A stretch of DNA of 57,843 bases from Clostridia bacterium (GCA_045591565.1 JAZNTB010000080.1:1-57843); one strand, 5' to 3'; shown: positions 1 through 10,079, numbered from the stretch's first letter. The notes: a model not told the origin generated them from the letters alone. Numbers and translations: made by a program.

Positions 1-2
1 AG

Positions 3-110
3 TATAACGACAAATCAAACGGTTACTGCTCAAAATGCGGTGCCGGTCTTTCACAGAGCAAGGCCGAAAACAGCGCAATCATAGAAGTAACAGAATTCCC
101 CGAGGACTAA
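3..110 (+). CDS. 3' end of an upstream gene (partial); C-terminal tail ...NGYCSKCGAGLSQSKAENSAIIEVTEFPED*
   Basis: Frame 3 is open from the window edge to TAA at 108-110 and is followed 12 nt later by a strong hairpin terminator. It contains a CxxC zinc-ribbon-like motif. It is absent from the ORF track because there is no start codon in the window. Confidence 0.35.
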   Translation, partial: YNDKSNGYCSKCGAGLSQSKAENSAIIEVTEFPED

Positions 111-121
111 TCCTAACAATC

Positions 122-165
122 AAAAAGGCTGTGACAAATGACTATCATTTCGTCACAGCCTTTTT
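122..165. terminator. bidirectional rho-independent terminator
   Basis: A5, then GGCTGTGAC (127-135) pairing with GTCACAGCC (152-160), then T5. Confidence 0.7.
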
Positions 166-224
166 CCATCTAAAAAATCCCGAAACCGCTGTTTTCAGCA
201 ATTCCGGGATTTTAATTTATGATT

Positions 225-1121
225 TTATTTAATCATTGAAGCAACTTCATCTGCGAAGTTCTCTTCCTTCTTTGCTAAGCCTTCGCCCTTTTCAAAACGA
301 ACAAAATCAACAAGCTTAACACCCTTTGAAGCAAGGTACTGTTCAACCTTCTGATCAGAATCCTTAACGAATTCCTGCTGAAGCAGACAGTTCTGCTCAA
401 AGAACTTATTAATTTTACCGCCAACCATCTTTTCTAAGATAGCTTCAGGCTTTGATGCGTTCTTAGGATCTTCCTTGATCTGTGCAAGGATGATGCGCTT
501 TTCGTGCTCAACATCTTCCGCCGGAACAGTGTCCTTTGAAAGGTAAAGAGGGTTGATAGCAGCAATCTGCATTGCAACATCTCTTGCAGCCTCGTAAGCC
601 ACCTCATCAAGAGCGCCTTCAGCCTTTACCATAACACCAATTCTGCCTTCGCCGTGAGTATATGAGCAAACATTACCCTCAAAACGAGCAAATCTTCTGA
701 TTTTCATATTCTCGCCGATTTTAGCGATTAAAGCTGTTAAAGCTTCATCTACAGTTACATCGCCCATCTTCTCAACCTTTAGAGCCTCAACATCAGCAGG
801 GTTGTTTGCAGCAACAACCTTAGCAACTTCTGTAACGAAATCCTGGAACTCGTCGTTTTTAGCAACGAAGTCTGTTTCTGAGTTAACTTCGAGTACAACT
901 GCAACGCTCTTGTCATCTGACATATAAACCTTAACAATACCCTCTGAAGCAATTCTTCCTGCCTTTTTAGCAGCAGTTGCAAGACCTTTTTCTCTTAAAT
1001 ATTCAACGGCCTTGTCCATATCGCCATCGGTTTCTGTGAGTGCCTTTTTGCAATCCATCATACCGCAGCTTGTGATTTCTCTTAAATTCTTAACATCCTG
1101 AGCTGTGAAATTCATATTCAA
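225..1121 (-). CDS. tsf: translation elongation factor Ts
   Basis: 298-aa ORF with the EF-Ts N-terminal UBA-like segment (VKNLREITSCGMMDCKKAL) and dimerisation core. It lies immediately downstream of rpsB, the usual arrangement. Confidence 0.95.
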   Translation of the reverse strand: MNMNFTAQDVKNLREITSCGMMDCKKALTETDGDMDKAVEYLREKGLATAAKKAGRIASEGIVKVYMSDDKSVAVVLEVNSETDFVAKNDEFQDFVTEVAKVVAANNPADVEALKVEKMGDVTVDEALTALIAKIGENMKIRRFARFEGNVCSYTHGEGRIGVMVKAEGALDEVAYEAARDVAMQIAAINPLYLSKDTVPAEDVEHEKRIILAQIKEDPKNASKPEAILEKMVGGKINKFFEQNCLLQQEFVKDSDQKVEQYLASKGVKLVDFVRFEKGEGLAKKEENFADEVASMIK

Positions 1122-1137
1122 ATTCCTCCCCGAAAGA

Positions 1138-1884
1138 TTATTCCTCTACTGTCTCTTCTACAGCCTCAGCAGCTTCCTCTACTGCTACAACTGCATCTTC
1201 ACCCTGTCTGCCTTCGATAATAGCATTTGACATAGTTGAAACGATAAGCTTAACCGCACGGATAGCGTCATCGTTACCCGGGATTACATAATCAACATCA
1301 TCAGGGTCACAGTTTGTATCAACAATAGCGACAACCGGAATACCAAGCTTTTTAGCTTCTGTGATTGCGATGTGTTCCTTTCTTGGGTCTACAACGAAAA
1401 GTGCGCCCGGAAGCTTCTTCATATCCTTGATACCGCCAAGGTACTTTTCAAGCTTATCTCTCTGAGCCTTAAGCTTAATAACTTCCTTTTTAGGCAGAAG
1501 GTCAAAAGTTCCTTCTTCTTCCATCTTGTTGATCTGAGCCAAACGGTCAATTCTCTTCTGAATTGTCTTGAAGTTTGTCATCATTCCGCCGAGCCATCTT
1601 GCGTTTACATAGTACATTCCAACTCTCTCAGCCTCTTCCTTGATAGAGTCCTGAGCCTGCTTTTTAGTACCAACAAACAGGATGTCCTCTCCGCTTGCAG
1701 CGATATCTCTGATGAAGTAGTAAGCTTCTTCAATCTTCTTCACTGTCTTCTGAAGGTCGATGATGTAGATACCGTTTCTCTCTGTGAAGATGTATTCAGC
1801 CATTTTAGGGTTCCATCTTCTTGTCTGGTGTCCGAAGTGAACACCTGCTTCTAAAAGCTGCTTCATAGCAATTACATTTGACAT
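1138..1884 (-). CDS. rpsB: 30S ribosomal protein S2
   Basis: S2 signature [13 protein letters not shown]. Start trimmed from the ORF-track 1935 to ATG 1882-1884, which is preceded by GGAGG ([14 protein letters not shown]...). Confidence 0.95.
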   Translation of the reverse strand: MSNVIAMKQLLEAGVHFGHQTRRWNPKMAEYIFTERNGIYIIDLQKTVKKIEEAYYFIRDIAASGEDILFVGTKKQAQDSIKEEAERVGMYYVNARWLGGMMTNFKTIQKRIDRLAQINKMEEEGTFDLLPKKEVIKLKAQRDKLEKYLGGIKDMKKLPGALFVVDPRKEHIAITEAKKLGIPVVAIVDTNCDPDDVDYVIPGNDDAIRAVKLIVSTMSNAIIEGRQGEDAVVAVEEAAEAVEETVEE

Positions 1885-2012
1885 TTTAAAATCCTCCTTG
1901 TTTTTTGTTACTTCTACAGCCGGCTTAAAACCCACAAAAATTCAACAAACATGGATATTGCCGTCCGTATGCTTAATGTCAAACCGGATATTTTCACATA
2001 CCCAGCCTTTCG

Positions 2013-2041
2013 ATTATACCACATAGTCCCTGCTTTGTCAA
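2013..2041 (-). promoter_or_regulatory. sigma-A type promoter for rpsB-tsf
   Basis: On the minus strand: TTGACA (2036-2041), a 17-nt spacer, then TATAAT (2013-2018). This leaves a 5' leader of about 125 nt. Confidence 0.7.
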
Positions 2042-2088
2042 CATTTTTTTATCAAAAAAGACTGCAGAAATCATCCTGCAGCCTTTTA

Positions 2089-2997
2089 TCAGCCTACTAT
2101 GAGCGCTTCATTTCGCACAAAAAGCTGACTTATATCCATTTCTCCGAATTTATCCGTCTTTTTTCCGTCAATCAGGAACTGTACATTGCTGATGTTGTCC
2201 CTTTCGGTAAGGGAATTCACGACAGAATATATGATGAGTCTGCCCTTGTCCTGTGACGCAATATTCTTGTCAATAAAATCCTGTTTGAAATTGACATAGC
2301 AGGTGCCGTCTGTTGTTTCTACCGACAGCACACCGGTATCCTGCGCAAGAAGCTTTTCGTTACTCTTGTTTTTAGGCCCTTTTATAAGCTCAGTCACGAT
2401 GTACTGCTCAACAGGCTGTGTATCAGTAATGTTGATTTTGCGATATTCCATAACCAACCCTGTCTTTTCCTGATTTGCAAAATACAGGCGTATTCCGGTT
2501 GCATAGTCATCATCAAGTTCGGTATTAACCTCATCCCCCGAAATAAACCCAAGCGGGTCGCTGTCGCCTTTAACAATCTCGCGCCCCCCTGCTGTCACCT
2601 TTACATATTTAATTTCCGGAAGTCTTGTAAAACTTTTTACTACAGCATATGTGCTCATAAGCTCTGCTTCCCGGTATCCATCTGAAAAATCCACCGTAAG
2701 ACTTCCGTTATCGTTTCGGATATAGTTAAGCTCAATGTTCTTATCCATTATAGGGAATACACCCTTATCCGACGGCCCCTTTATAAGTGCATTTGCCATT
2801 TCCTCGTAAAGCTTTTGAGAATTTTCCGCCGAAAGCTCCATTTTGGTCGCAACTATGTCCGTTGCATTGCGGTTAAAAAAGTACAGAGTCACCTCTTTTA
2901 TATTATTCCTGTTCTCCCTGCCCGCAAAGCTGTATATAACACTCGCTGCAATCAAAAACAGAATAACAAGCCACACGGCCTTTCTGTTACTGCGCAT
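2089..2997 (-). CDS. GerM-domain (sporulation/germination) protein with N-terminal membrane anchor
   Basis: N-terminal hydrophobic anchor (AVWLVILFLIAASVIY) followed by two repeats of the GerM type. The call comes from remembered family features, not a search. Confidence 0.55.
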   Translation of the reverse strand: MRSNRKAVWLVILFLIAASVIYSFAGRENRNNIKEVTLYFFNRNATDIVATKMELSAENSQKLYEEMANALIKGPSDKGVFPIMDKNIELNYIRNDNGSLTVDFSDGYREAELMSTYAVVKSFTRLPEIKYVKVTAGGREIVKGDSDPLGFISGDEVNTELDDDYATGIRLYFANQEKTGLVMEYRKINITDTQPVEQYIVTELIKGPKNKSNEKLLAQDTGVLSVETTDGTCYVNFKQDFIDKNIASQDKGRLIIYSVVNSLTERDNISNVQFLIDGKKTDKFGEMDISQLFVRNEALIVG

Positions 2998-3012
2998 ATT
3001 CTTATCACTTCC

Positions 3013-4425
3013 TTATGCATCAATTCCACCGACATTGTACGGCAGACTTATAATAAACCTGCTTCCTCCGCCCTCTGCATCCTCTGCAAAAATCTCTCCG
3101 CCGTGCAGAACTACAGCCTCTTTGGCTATTGCCAATCCCAGTCCTGTTCCGCCGGTATCCCTTGCGCGGGAATCGTCAAGACGGTGGAATCTTTCGAAAA
3201 TTCGTTCCTTTTCCTCATCAGGTATACCCGGTCCGTTATCTTCGACCATAACGAAAACTCTGTTACCTTTTTGCTCAAGTCCCAGCTTGACAAATCCACC
3301 TTCCGGTGTGTATTTTATCGCATTATCGGTAACATTGTAAACCGCTTCCCATATCTTGTCATAATCAAGCATCATAGGCTCCAGTGCCTCTACTGAATAA
3401 TCAGCAAAAAGCGCAATATCCTTTGCTTCTGCGTTCGGGGTAAGCTTTCTCACAATAGCACCCAGCATAACCACAAAATCTACCGGGGTAAGACTTGCGT
3501 TATTCTGATTTGCGTCCATCTTGGTAAGTGTTAAAAGCCGTTCCACTATTCGTGTCAACCTATCCACTTCATCGCTTAAATCCCCAAGGAAATCCTGTAT
3601 CATTTCAGGGTCCGGAGTGTCTGTGGTTACAATACTGTCACAGATAAGCTTGATGGTCGCAAGCGGAGTTTTAAGCTCATGCGAAACATCCGAAACAAAC
3701 TTCTTCCGATTCTGCTCAAAATCGTCAAGTTCCGCTGACATATAGTTCAGTGCCTTTGCCATCTCAACAAATTCCATCGGACCTTTTTCTTTTGCCTTAA
3801 TGTTAAAGTTTCCTTTTGATATTTCCTTTGAAACAGCAATAAAGTTATCTATCGGTGCCGTCGTCATAAGCGACATTCCAAGGCTCAGCATCGCAACGAG
3901 CACACTTATTATTACAGCAAACATAATCAGGTTTTTGCGGATATTCCTGATAGTCATATCTGTATCATAAAGCGACTGTATCAGATAGACTGCACCAATC
4001 GTTCTTCCTGCGCTGTCGAGCGGAACTGCTACCGACATTACTGTTGTATCCATATTGCTTTTATTGACGGCATAGGTCTGCTCGCCATCCTTTATACACC
4101 GGTTTACTGCATCACGGATTATTACCTTCCCCAGAAGGTCGGAATCCTCGCTGCTGTCATAGCATACACGGTAGTCAGAACGCACAGCGATGCTTCGCAT
4201 ATTACTTCCTGACAAAATCTGCCCTATATCAAATTTTGTTTCAACGCTGATATCATCGGGGTTATCAATCATATCAGAAATAATATTTGCCTTAGCAAAC
4301 ATTTTTACCTTCTCGGAATTATACATACTTTCTGTCAATGTGCTCAAAATGTATACGCTAAGGAGTATCATGGAAATCACTATAACCGCCACATAGGTAG
4401 CCATCATACTGACGCGCATTGACAT
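3013..4425 (-). CDS. sensor histidine kinase (TM-HAMP-HisKA-HATPase)
   Basis: H-box SHELKTPL, N/G boxes DNGPGIP and GTGLGLAIA, and two TM segments. Start set at ATG 4423-4425, preceded by AAGGA, just after the response-regulator stop (4436-4438). Confidence 0.9.
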   Translation of the reverse strand: MSMRVSMMATYVAVIVISMILLSVYILSTLTESMYNSEKVKMFAKANIISDMIDNPDDISVETKFDIGQILSGSNMRSIAVRSDYRVCYDSSEDSDLLGKVIIRDAVNRCIKDGEQTYAVNKSNMDTTVMSVAVPLDSAGRTIGAVYLIQSLYDTDMTIRNIRKNLIMFAVIISVLVAMLSLGMSLMTTAPIDNFIAVSKEISKGNFNIKAKEKGPMEFVEMAKALNYMSAELDDFEQNRKKFVSDVSHELKTPLATIKLICDSIVTTDTPDPEMIQDFLGDLSDEVDRLTRIVERLLTLTKMDANQNNASLTPVDFVVMLGAIVRKLTPNAEAKDIALFADYSVEALEPMMLDYDKIWEAVYNVTDNAIKYTPEGGFVKLGLEQKGNRVFVMVEDNGPGIPDEEKERIFERFHRLDDSRARDTGGTGLGLAIAKEAVVLHGGEIFAEDAEGGGSRFIISLPYNVGGIDA

Positions 4426-4435
4426 AAGGAATTCC

Positions 4436-5128
4436 TTAATCCTTTTTATAATAGTAACCAACTCCCCATTTTGTTTTAATATAGAGCGGCTCTGCCGGAT
4501 TTTCCTCTATCTTTTCCCTGAGTCGTCTTATGTGAACATCCACCGTGCGCACATCACCCGGATAGTCTACACCCCACGCAATATCCAGAAGACTTTCCCT
4601 CGTATAAACCCGTCCCGGATTTTTTATAAATAAATCCATAAGGTCAAACTCTTTACCTGTAAGCTCTATAACCTTGCCGTTTATAGTAACACGGCGGAAG
4701 TTATAGTCAAGCGTTATATCTCCTGAGACAAGTATATCTCTGTCACCTCTGGGTGCAGGATTTACTCTCCTTAAAATTGCCTTTATTCTGGATGTTACCT
4801 CTCGTATATTAAAAGGCTTTGTGATATAGTCGTCTGCGCCATATTCAAGACCTAAAATTTTATCTATATCCTCGCTTCGTGCCGTGAGCATTATTATCGG
4901 AACATCCGAAAAGCTCCTTATCGTTCTGCAGGCTGTGAGTCCGTCCATTTTGGGCAGCATTACATCAAGCAGTATAAGGTTTATACTGTTGTCACGCGCC
5001 AGCTTTACTGCTTCTTCACCATCAAATGCAGTAACAACCTGATACCCCTCCTGCTCAAGATTGTATTTGATTCCCTTTACAATGATTTTTTCATCATCCA
5101 CAACCAAAATTTTCATCCTGCTAAACAT
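4436..5128 (-). CDS. OmpR/PhoB-family response regulator
   Basis: Receiver domain (KILVVDDE, LILLDVMLP, phospho-Asp context) plus a winged-helix C-terminus (...TKWGVGY). The start may instead be ATG 5116 (MKILVVDD). Confidence 0.93.
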   Translation of the reverse strand: MFSRMKILVVDDEKIIVKGIKYNLEQEGYQVVTAFDGEEAVKLARDNSINLILLDVMLPKMDGLTACRTIRSFSDVPIIMLTARSEDIDKILGLEYGADDYITKPFNIREVTSRIKAILRRVNPAPRGDRDILVSGDITLDYNFRRVTINGKVIELTGKEFDLMDLFIKNPGRVYTRESLLDIAWGVDYPGDVRTVDVHIRRLREKIEENPAEPLYIKTKWGVGYYYKKD

Positions 5129-5180
5129 TCCTTTCCCGTTCCGGCATTATTATAATATTTATACGGCGCCAAGGCACCGG

Positions 5181-5564
5181 TTAATTTACAGTTATGTAGC
5201 TTTTTATCTCTTCGAACTTTTTCGTACCTATTCCCTGTACCTTCATTATGTCCTCAATCATCTCAAAATTACCATTTTTCGTTCTGTATTCGATAATTCT
5301 CTCCGCGAGCGACACTCCGATTCCGTCAAGCCGTTCGAGTTCATAGACATCCGCTGTATTTATATTTATCATCGCAGCTTCTGTCTGAGGGATTATGACA
5401 GTCTCCGATATAGGAGCATATGCCTTAGACTTTTTAATTATTTTAAAAGAATGATTTTCGAAATCTCTTACAGCCATTCCCAACACCAGAGTTACAATGA
5501 AAATCAGCACATAGTACCTTTTTTGTATCTTTTTCACGATGTTCCTCCAAAAAAAGTTATACAC
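5181..5564 (-). CDS. ComEA-family helix-hairpin-helix DNA-binding protein
   Basis: N-terminal TM segment plus tandem HhH motifs (ININTADVYELERLDGIGVSLAERII...VQGIGTKKFEEI). Confidence 0.8.
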   Translation of the reverse strand: MYNFFWRNIVKKIQKRYYVLIFIVTLVLGMAVRDFENHSFKIIKKSKAYAPISETVIIPQTEAAMININTADVYELERLDGIGVSLAERIIEYRTKNGNFEMIEDIMKVQGIGTKKFEEIKSYITVN

Positions 5565-5630
5565 CCCATTAATAAGTATAACATAAAAAATTATTTTTTC
5601 TACACTTTTTTACAAATTTTATTATATTTA

Positions 5631-5659
5631 TTGCAAAATTATTCTGTTTTATGTATAAT
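5631..5659 (+). promoter_or_regulatory. sigma-A type promoter for the DacB-like gene
   Basis: TTGCAA (5631-5636), a 17-nt spacer, then TATAAT (5654-5659). Confidence 0.65.
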
Positions 5660-5735
5660 TAAGTATATAGGTATATAAAATGTCACCGCCCGTTGATATT
5701 TTCAAATAAATTACGGGCAGAAAGGCTATGAAATT

Positions 5736-7220
5736 ATGAAAAAAAATCGTCTTGCAATCGTAATTCTTGCTGCTTTGATGTCAATTAATACGATGGCTTT
5801 AGCAGCTCCGTCTGCATCTCCAAAGCCTTCATCTTCTCCTAAGGTTTCCGCATCTCCCAAGGCTACATCGTCACCTAAGGCATCTTCTGCAGCTGACTCA
5901 GACAATACGGAAGAAAAAAAGAAGAACACCTTTCCTGTTCCAAATGCCATCTCATCGGTTGTGCTTGATGCAAATTCGGGCGATGTAATATATGCGCTTG
6001 AAGCCGACAAAAAGGTGTACCCTGCAGGAACATCGAATATTATGACAGCTATAATCGCTCTTGAAAATTCCAATCTTGCTGACACCTGTACCGTTACAAA
6101 AGAGGCGCTTGCAAATGTCACCTATGACCAGCCGCAGCTCGGTATGGAAGAAGGCGAAAGCTACACGGTAGAACAGCTCTTATATGCAATTATACTGAAC
6201 TCAAACAATGACGCCGCAAATACCCTTGCAATATCAGTGGGCGGCAGTATTGATAACTTCGTTCAGCTAATGAATAACAAAGCCGCAGAGCTTGGCCTTT
6301 CCGGCACAAACTTTGCAAACCCGACAGGGCTCCAAAACGAAAATCACTATACAACAGCAACGGATATGGCAAAGCTTGCTCAGTATGCAATGCAGAATCC
6401 GACCTTTTCAAAAATAGTGACTACTCAAAAATATATCTTCCCTGCAACAAATATGCGTAGTTCAGAGAAAACAATTCTCAGCACAAACCATTTGGTGAGC
6501 AGATATAAATATCCGTATCACTACTATGCAAATGCAACAGGCATCAAGTCAGGAAACAGCACCGATGCAGGCTATTGCCTTGTTGCTTCGGCGGTTAAGG
6601 GAAAACTCTCGGTTATAAGCGTGGTTATGGGTGCTCCTAACGAAGATGCAAAGGATAAGGCATACTCCTTTGTTGATACAAAAGAGATATTCGATTATGT
6701 GTTTGAAAATTACCAGACTGTACTTCTTGCAAAAAAAGGCGATGTTATTTACGACTCAAAGGTAAAAGAGGCAAAGAACTCAACAAGGCTCGCTCTTACC
6801 GTTGAGAACGATATATACACTACTTTAAAAAAGACAGCAGACCCTGAAATTATTGAAAGTCAAATTGAGGTCACCGGTGAAGCAAAAGCTCCTATCGCAC
6901 AGGGCGACCTTTTCGGCAGCGTGACATATTCGTATAACGGCAGGGAGCTTACAAAGGTCAATCTCGTGGCTGCAAACGAAGTAAAGCGCGACTTTATTCT
7001 CCATATAATAAACAGTATTTTAGGCTTTGTTTTCCACCCGATTGTTTTAATCATTGTTATCCTTATTATTGCAATCTGGGTTCGTATGAGAATAATACGC
7101 AACAGAAAGCGCCGTATAAGACACAGCAGAATGGTATCGCAGGGCGGAAGAAATACTCCGCGCCGCGCCCGTCCTACAGGCTCTTCAAGATCGTATGACG
7201 ATTACCCAAGAAGATATTAA
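5736..7220 (+). CDS. PBP5/DacB-type D-alanyl-D-alanine carboxypeptidase homologue, probably non-catalytic
   Basis: Signal peptide and a Ser/Pro/Lys-rich linker. Peptidase S11-like core with SxN (SNN) and K(T/S)G (KSG) boxes, but the SxxK box reads PAGTSNIMT. C-terminal TM segment and an Arg-rich tail. Confidence 0.8.
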   Translation: MKKNRLAIVILAALMSINTMALAAPSASPKPSSSPKVSASPKATSSPKASSAADSDNTEEKKKNTFPVPNAISSVVLDANSGDVIYALEADKKVYPAGTSNIMTAIIALENSNLADTCTVTKEALANVTYDQPQLGMEEGESYTVEQLLYAIILNSNNDAANTLAISVGGSIDNFVQLMNNKAAELGLSGTNFANPTGLQNENHYTTATDMAKLAQYAMQNPTFSKIVTTQKYIFPATNMRSSEKTILSTNHLVSRYKYPYHYYANATGIKSGNSTDAGYCLVASAVKGKLSVISVVMGAPNEDAKDKAYSFVDTKEIFDYVFENYQTVLLAKKGDVIYDSKVKEAKNSTRLALTVENDIYTTLKKTADPEIIESQIEVTGEAKAPIAQGDLFGSVTYSYNGRELTKVNLVAANEVKRDFILHIINSILGFVFHPIVLIIVILIIAIWVRMRIIRNRKRRIRHSRMVSQGGRNTPRRARPTGSSRSYDDYPRRY

Positions 7221-7257
7221 AAAAATACTTCAGGATTTTTCCTGAAGTATTTTTTTG
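7221..7257. terminator. bidirectional terminator after the DacB-like gene
   Basis: A-run, AATACTTCAGGA / TCCTGAAGTATT stem, then T-run. Confidence 0.75.
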
Positions 7258-7413
7258 TCAGCAAAACACAGTAGTCTTCGCATCTTCCCTCAGTTCTTCA
7301 GGAAGCGCCGTATCACAAATACAGTAATCAACATTTTTTAAGCTGCACCTTTTACCAAGCCTTGTGTTATCTATAAGAAAGACGGGATGTGATTTTCACA
7401 TCCTTTTTTCACC

Positions 7414-7446
7414 AAAAAAGAGCAGATATATATCTGCTCTTTTAAT
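7414..7446. terminator. terminator after ispH/rpsA
   Basis: GAGCAGATATA / TATATCTGCTC stem flanked by an A-run and a T-run. Confidence 0.7.
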
Positions 7447-7455
7447 TTTACATAA

Positions 7456-9486
7456 TTATTCTTCTGTTGCTTCTTCTGAAGCCTCTTCCTCTGCGATAAA
7501 CTTTTCGATATCAACAGGAACATTCTCCTCGCTAGGGGCTGCCGGAGCAACCTCTTCAACTGCTTCTTCTGCCTTTTCCTCTACAGGAGGAGCAATCAAA
7601 GCTCTGATTGAAAGGCTGATTTTGTTTGTTTCCCAATTGATTTCAACAACCTTAGCCTCAACCTCTTCACCAATTGAAAGAACATCTTCCGGCTTGCCGA
7701 TTCTCTTGTCAGCAATCTGTGAGATGTGGATAAGACCGTCAACATTCGGAATAATCTCAGCAAATGCACCGAAAGGCATCATGCGTACGATTTTACACTT
7801 AACAACATCGCCTACATTGATTTTTTCCTTAGCGATAGCCCAAGGATTGTCCTCAGCCTTCTTGTAGCCTAAAGAAATCTTCTTTGTTTCCTCGTTAATG
7901 TCCTTAATATAAACCTTAAGTACATCGCCCTCTTTAACAACCTCAGACGGATGCTTAATCTTATTCCATGAAAGCTCTGAGATGTGAACAAGGCCGTCAA
8001 CGCCACCGATATCTACGAAAGCGCCAAAGGATGTAAGTGACTTAACAGTGCCTGTGTACTCCTTGCCAACTTCAGCATCTGCCCAGAATTTTTCCATAGC
8101 TGCGTTCTTTTCTTCTTCAAGAAGAACACGAACAGAGCCAACTACGCGCTTTCTTCTGTCATCAATCTCAATAAGTCTGATTTTAACATTTGTATTCAAA
8201 AGTGTTTCAAGATCCTGAACATATCTGAGTGATGCCTGTCTTGCCGGGATGAAGACCTGAGAATCATTTGCAAGCGCAATAACGCCGCCGCGTACAGTCT
8301 TGATAATTTTTGCGTCAAGAACTTCTTTATTCTCGAAAGCTTCCTTCATCTTATTCCAGCTTTCCATCTGGATAAGCTTCTTTCTGGAAAGAACAACCTT
8401 TCCCTCTGCATCGTTAACACCAACAACATAAACCTTGATTGTGTCGCCAGGCTTTACGATATCAGATGCCTTCAAATATGGATCGTCTGAAAGTTGATCG
8501 GTTGCAAGCTGACCATTGTATTTAAATCCGCCAAGGTCTACAATGACCTCAGTGTTGCGTACTTCAACAACTGTTGCGTCAACAATATCTCCATTATTTA
8601 AAGTTTTGCTTTCGTACCTTTCAAAAAGTTCTGCGAAAGACTCTTCGTTTTTGATTTTTTCATCCATCGTTGTAAAAACCTCCTCGATAGTTCGTGCCGG
8701 AGTCGATGCCCCTGCCGTAATCCCTACCTTTTTATTTTTTAAATATATACTTTGAGGAATATCCTCATAAGTTTCAATAAAATATGTTTCAGGGCAAGTT
8801 GTGCTTGCAATCTCATAAAGCTTTCTTGTATTCGAGCTTGCCTTTCCGCCCACTACAAACATCACATCCGACTCTTTAGAAAGGTCGTATGCTTCTTCCT
8901 GTCTATCTTTTGTCGCACTACATATTGTATCAAAAACCACCACTGTTTTGCAAGCATTTTTGACATTTTGTACGATTTGCACAAAAACATTTTTATTTAT
9001 TGTTGTTTGTGCTACAATACATATGGGATTATCTGATAATTCCTCCGGAAAACGGAAGCTTTCATCATAGGTTATAATCGCCGAATCATCGCACCATCCG
9101 TTAATTCCGACCACTTCGGGATGATTTTCGTTTCCGACAATCAGGATAGTGTATCCCTTTTCATAATGCTCTCTTACAATTTTATGGATTTTCTTAACAA
9201 ACGGGCAGGTAAGGTCGATGTACTCCCTGCCTGAAAGCTCGTCAAAAACGGCTTTTTTTACGCCGTGAGTCCGTATAACAACTGCCGTATCCATCGGGAT
9301 TTGAGCAACCGATTCATATGCTCTTACGCCCTTTCTTTCAAGGTCCTCCACCACCTGCGCATTATGAATAATAGGACCCAGTGTCGCAATTTTCATATTG
9401 CCGGCATCCACCGTTTCGTAAACCCTATCCACAGCCCTTTTTACGCCATAGCAAAATCCTGCCGTTTTTGCAATCTTTATGCTCAT
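7456..9486 (-). CDS. ispH: bifunctional 4-hydroxy-3-methylbut-2-enyl diphosphate reductase (IspH/LytB) / ribosomal protein S1-domain fusion
   Basis: The N-terminal ~280 aa are IspH-like (AKTAGFCYGVKRAV, CPFV, ICSATKDRQ). The C-terminal part carries four S1 OB-fold repeats and an acidic tail. Confidence 0.9.
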   Translation of the reverse strand: MSIKIAKTAGFCYGVKRAVDRVYETVDAGNMKIATLGPIIHNAQVVEDLERKGVRAYESVAQIPMDTAVVIRTHGVKKAVFDELSGREYIDLTCPFVKKIHKIVREHYEKGYTILIVGNENHPEVVGINGWCDDSAIITYDESFRFPEELSDNPICIVAQTTINKNVFVQIVQNVKNACKTVVVFDTICSATKDRQEEAYDLSKESDVMFVVGGKASSNTRKLYEIASTTCPETYFIETYEDIPQSIYLKNKKVGITAGASTPARTIEEVFTTMDEKIKNEESFAELFERYESKTLNNGDIVDATVVEVRNTEVIVDLGGFKYNGQLATDQLSDDPYLKASDIVKPGDTIKVYVVGVNDAEGKVVLSRKKLIQMESWNKMKEAFENKEVLDAKIIKTVRGGVIALANDSQVFIPARQASLRYVQDLETLLNTNVKIRLIEIDDRRKRVVGSVRVLLEEEKNAAMEKFWADAEVGKEYTGTVKSLTSFGAFVDIGGVDGLVHISELSWNKIKHPSEVVKEGDVLKVYIKDINEETKKISLGYKKAEDNPWAIAKEKINVGDVVKCKIVRMMPFGAFAEIIPNVDGLIHISQIADKRIGKPEDVLSIGEEVEAKVVEINWETNKISLSIRALIAPPVEEKAEEAVEEVAPAAPSEENVPVDIEKFIAEEEASEEATEE

Positions 9487-10079
9487 TTCAAAGCCTCCGC
9501 AGCACTATTTAAGGAATAGATTTTATCCATCACTGAATTGGCAAGCTCCTGTAGCTTTTCCATCGACAGCTTTTCGTCGTAGTACTCATCAAAATATATC
9601 GGCTCGCCATATGTAACAGTTATTTTGCCCATCCAGCGGTATTTACCGCTTATAAGAACCGGAACAACCGGAACTCTCGCCTTTGTTGCAAGCATTGTCA
9701 CTCCCGGCTTGGCATCTACCTTTTCGCCTTCCGATACGCGCTTTCCTTCCGGAAACATAACCATCGTTCTTTCAGCCTTCAAAATAGATAGTGCCGTTTT
9801 AATTGCCCCGATATCACCTTTTCCGCGATGTACCGGAAAAGCGCCTAACTTCTTTAAGACAAACCCAAATGGCTTAAACTTGAACAATTCACTCTTTGCC
9901 ATGAATGCGATATTCTTTGGTGCTCCCAATGCAACCAACAAAGGATCCCAGTTGCTTTTATGATTACCGGCTAAAATAGCACCCTTTTCACTTATAATAT
10001 TCTTTTTTCCAACTATTTTTATTCTGAAAACAAAAAGGAGGAAAACTCGTATAATAAACTTCACCCACGACAGCATCAT
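9483..10079 (-). CDS. plsC: 1-acyl-sn-glycerol-3-phosphate acyltransferase
   Basis: HxxxxD acyltransferase motif (NHKSNWDP) and an FPEGKR box. Start placed at ATG 10077-10079, overlapping the cmk stop (ATGA), with AAGGAGG upstream. Confidence 0.85.
   Translation of the reverse strand: MMLSWVKFIIRVFLLFVFRIKIVGKKNIISEKGAILAGNHKSNWDPLLVALGAPKNIAFMAKSELFKFKPFGFVLKKLGAFPVHRGKGDIGAIKTALSILKAERTMVMFPEGKRVSEGEKVDAKPGVTMLATKARVPVVPVLISGKYRWMGKITVTYGEPIYFDEYYDEKLSMEKLQELANSVMDKIYSLNSAAEALK

Noticed and set aside
1885-1935. N-terminal extensions given by the ORF track for rpsB, ptsH, recA, pgeF, def, rqcH, copA, prkC, rsgA, rpe, GH105, the PL11-like gene, the DinD-like gene and the FAD/Rieske gene.
   Set aside because: In each case an internal ATG with a well-spaced GGAGG/AAGGA motif, and the canonical protein N-terminus, lies downstream. 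The upstream codons lack an RBS or overlap the preceding gene.
7290-7334. A 14-codon minus-strand ORF (MLITVFVIRRFLKN) in the 200-nt gap between the DacB-like gene and ispH/rpsA, flanked by hairpins at 7385-7409 and 7221-7257.
   Set aside because: The RBS is poorly spaced (GGTG 11 nt upstream), there is no clear promoter, and the ORF is too short to evaluate without expression data.
7456-9486. The IspH-ribosomal protein S1 fusion as a novelty.
   Set aside because: This bifunctional architecture is a well-known feature of many Clostridia, and the cmk-plsC-ispH/rpsA context is standard.
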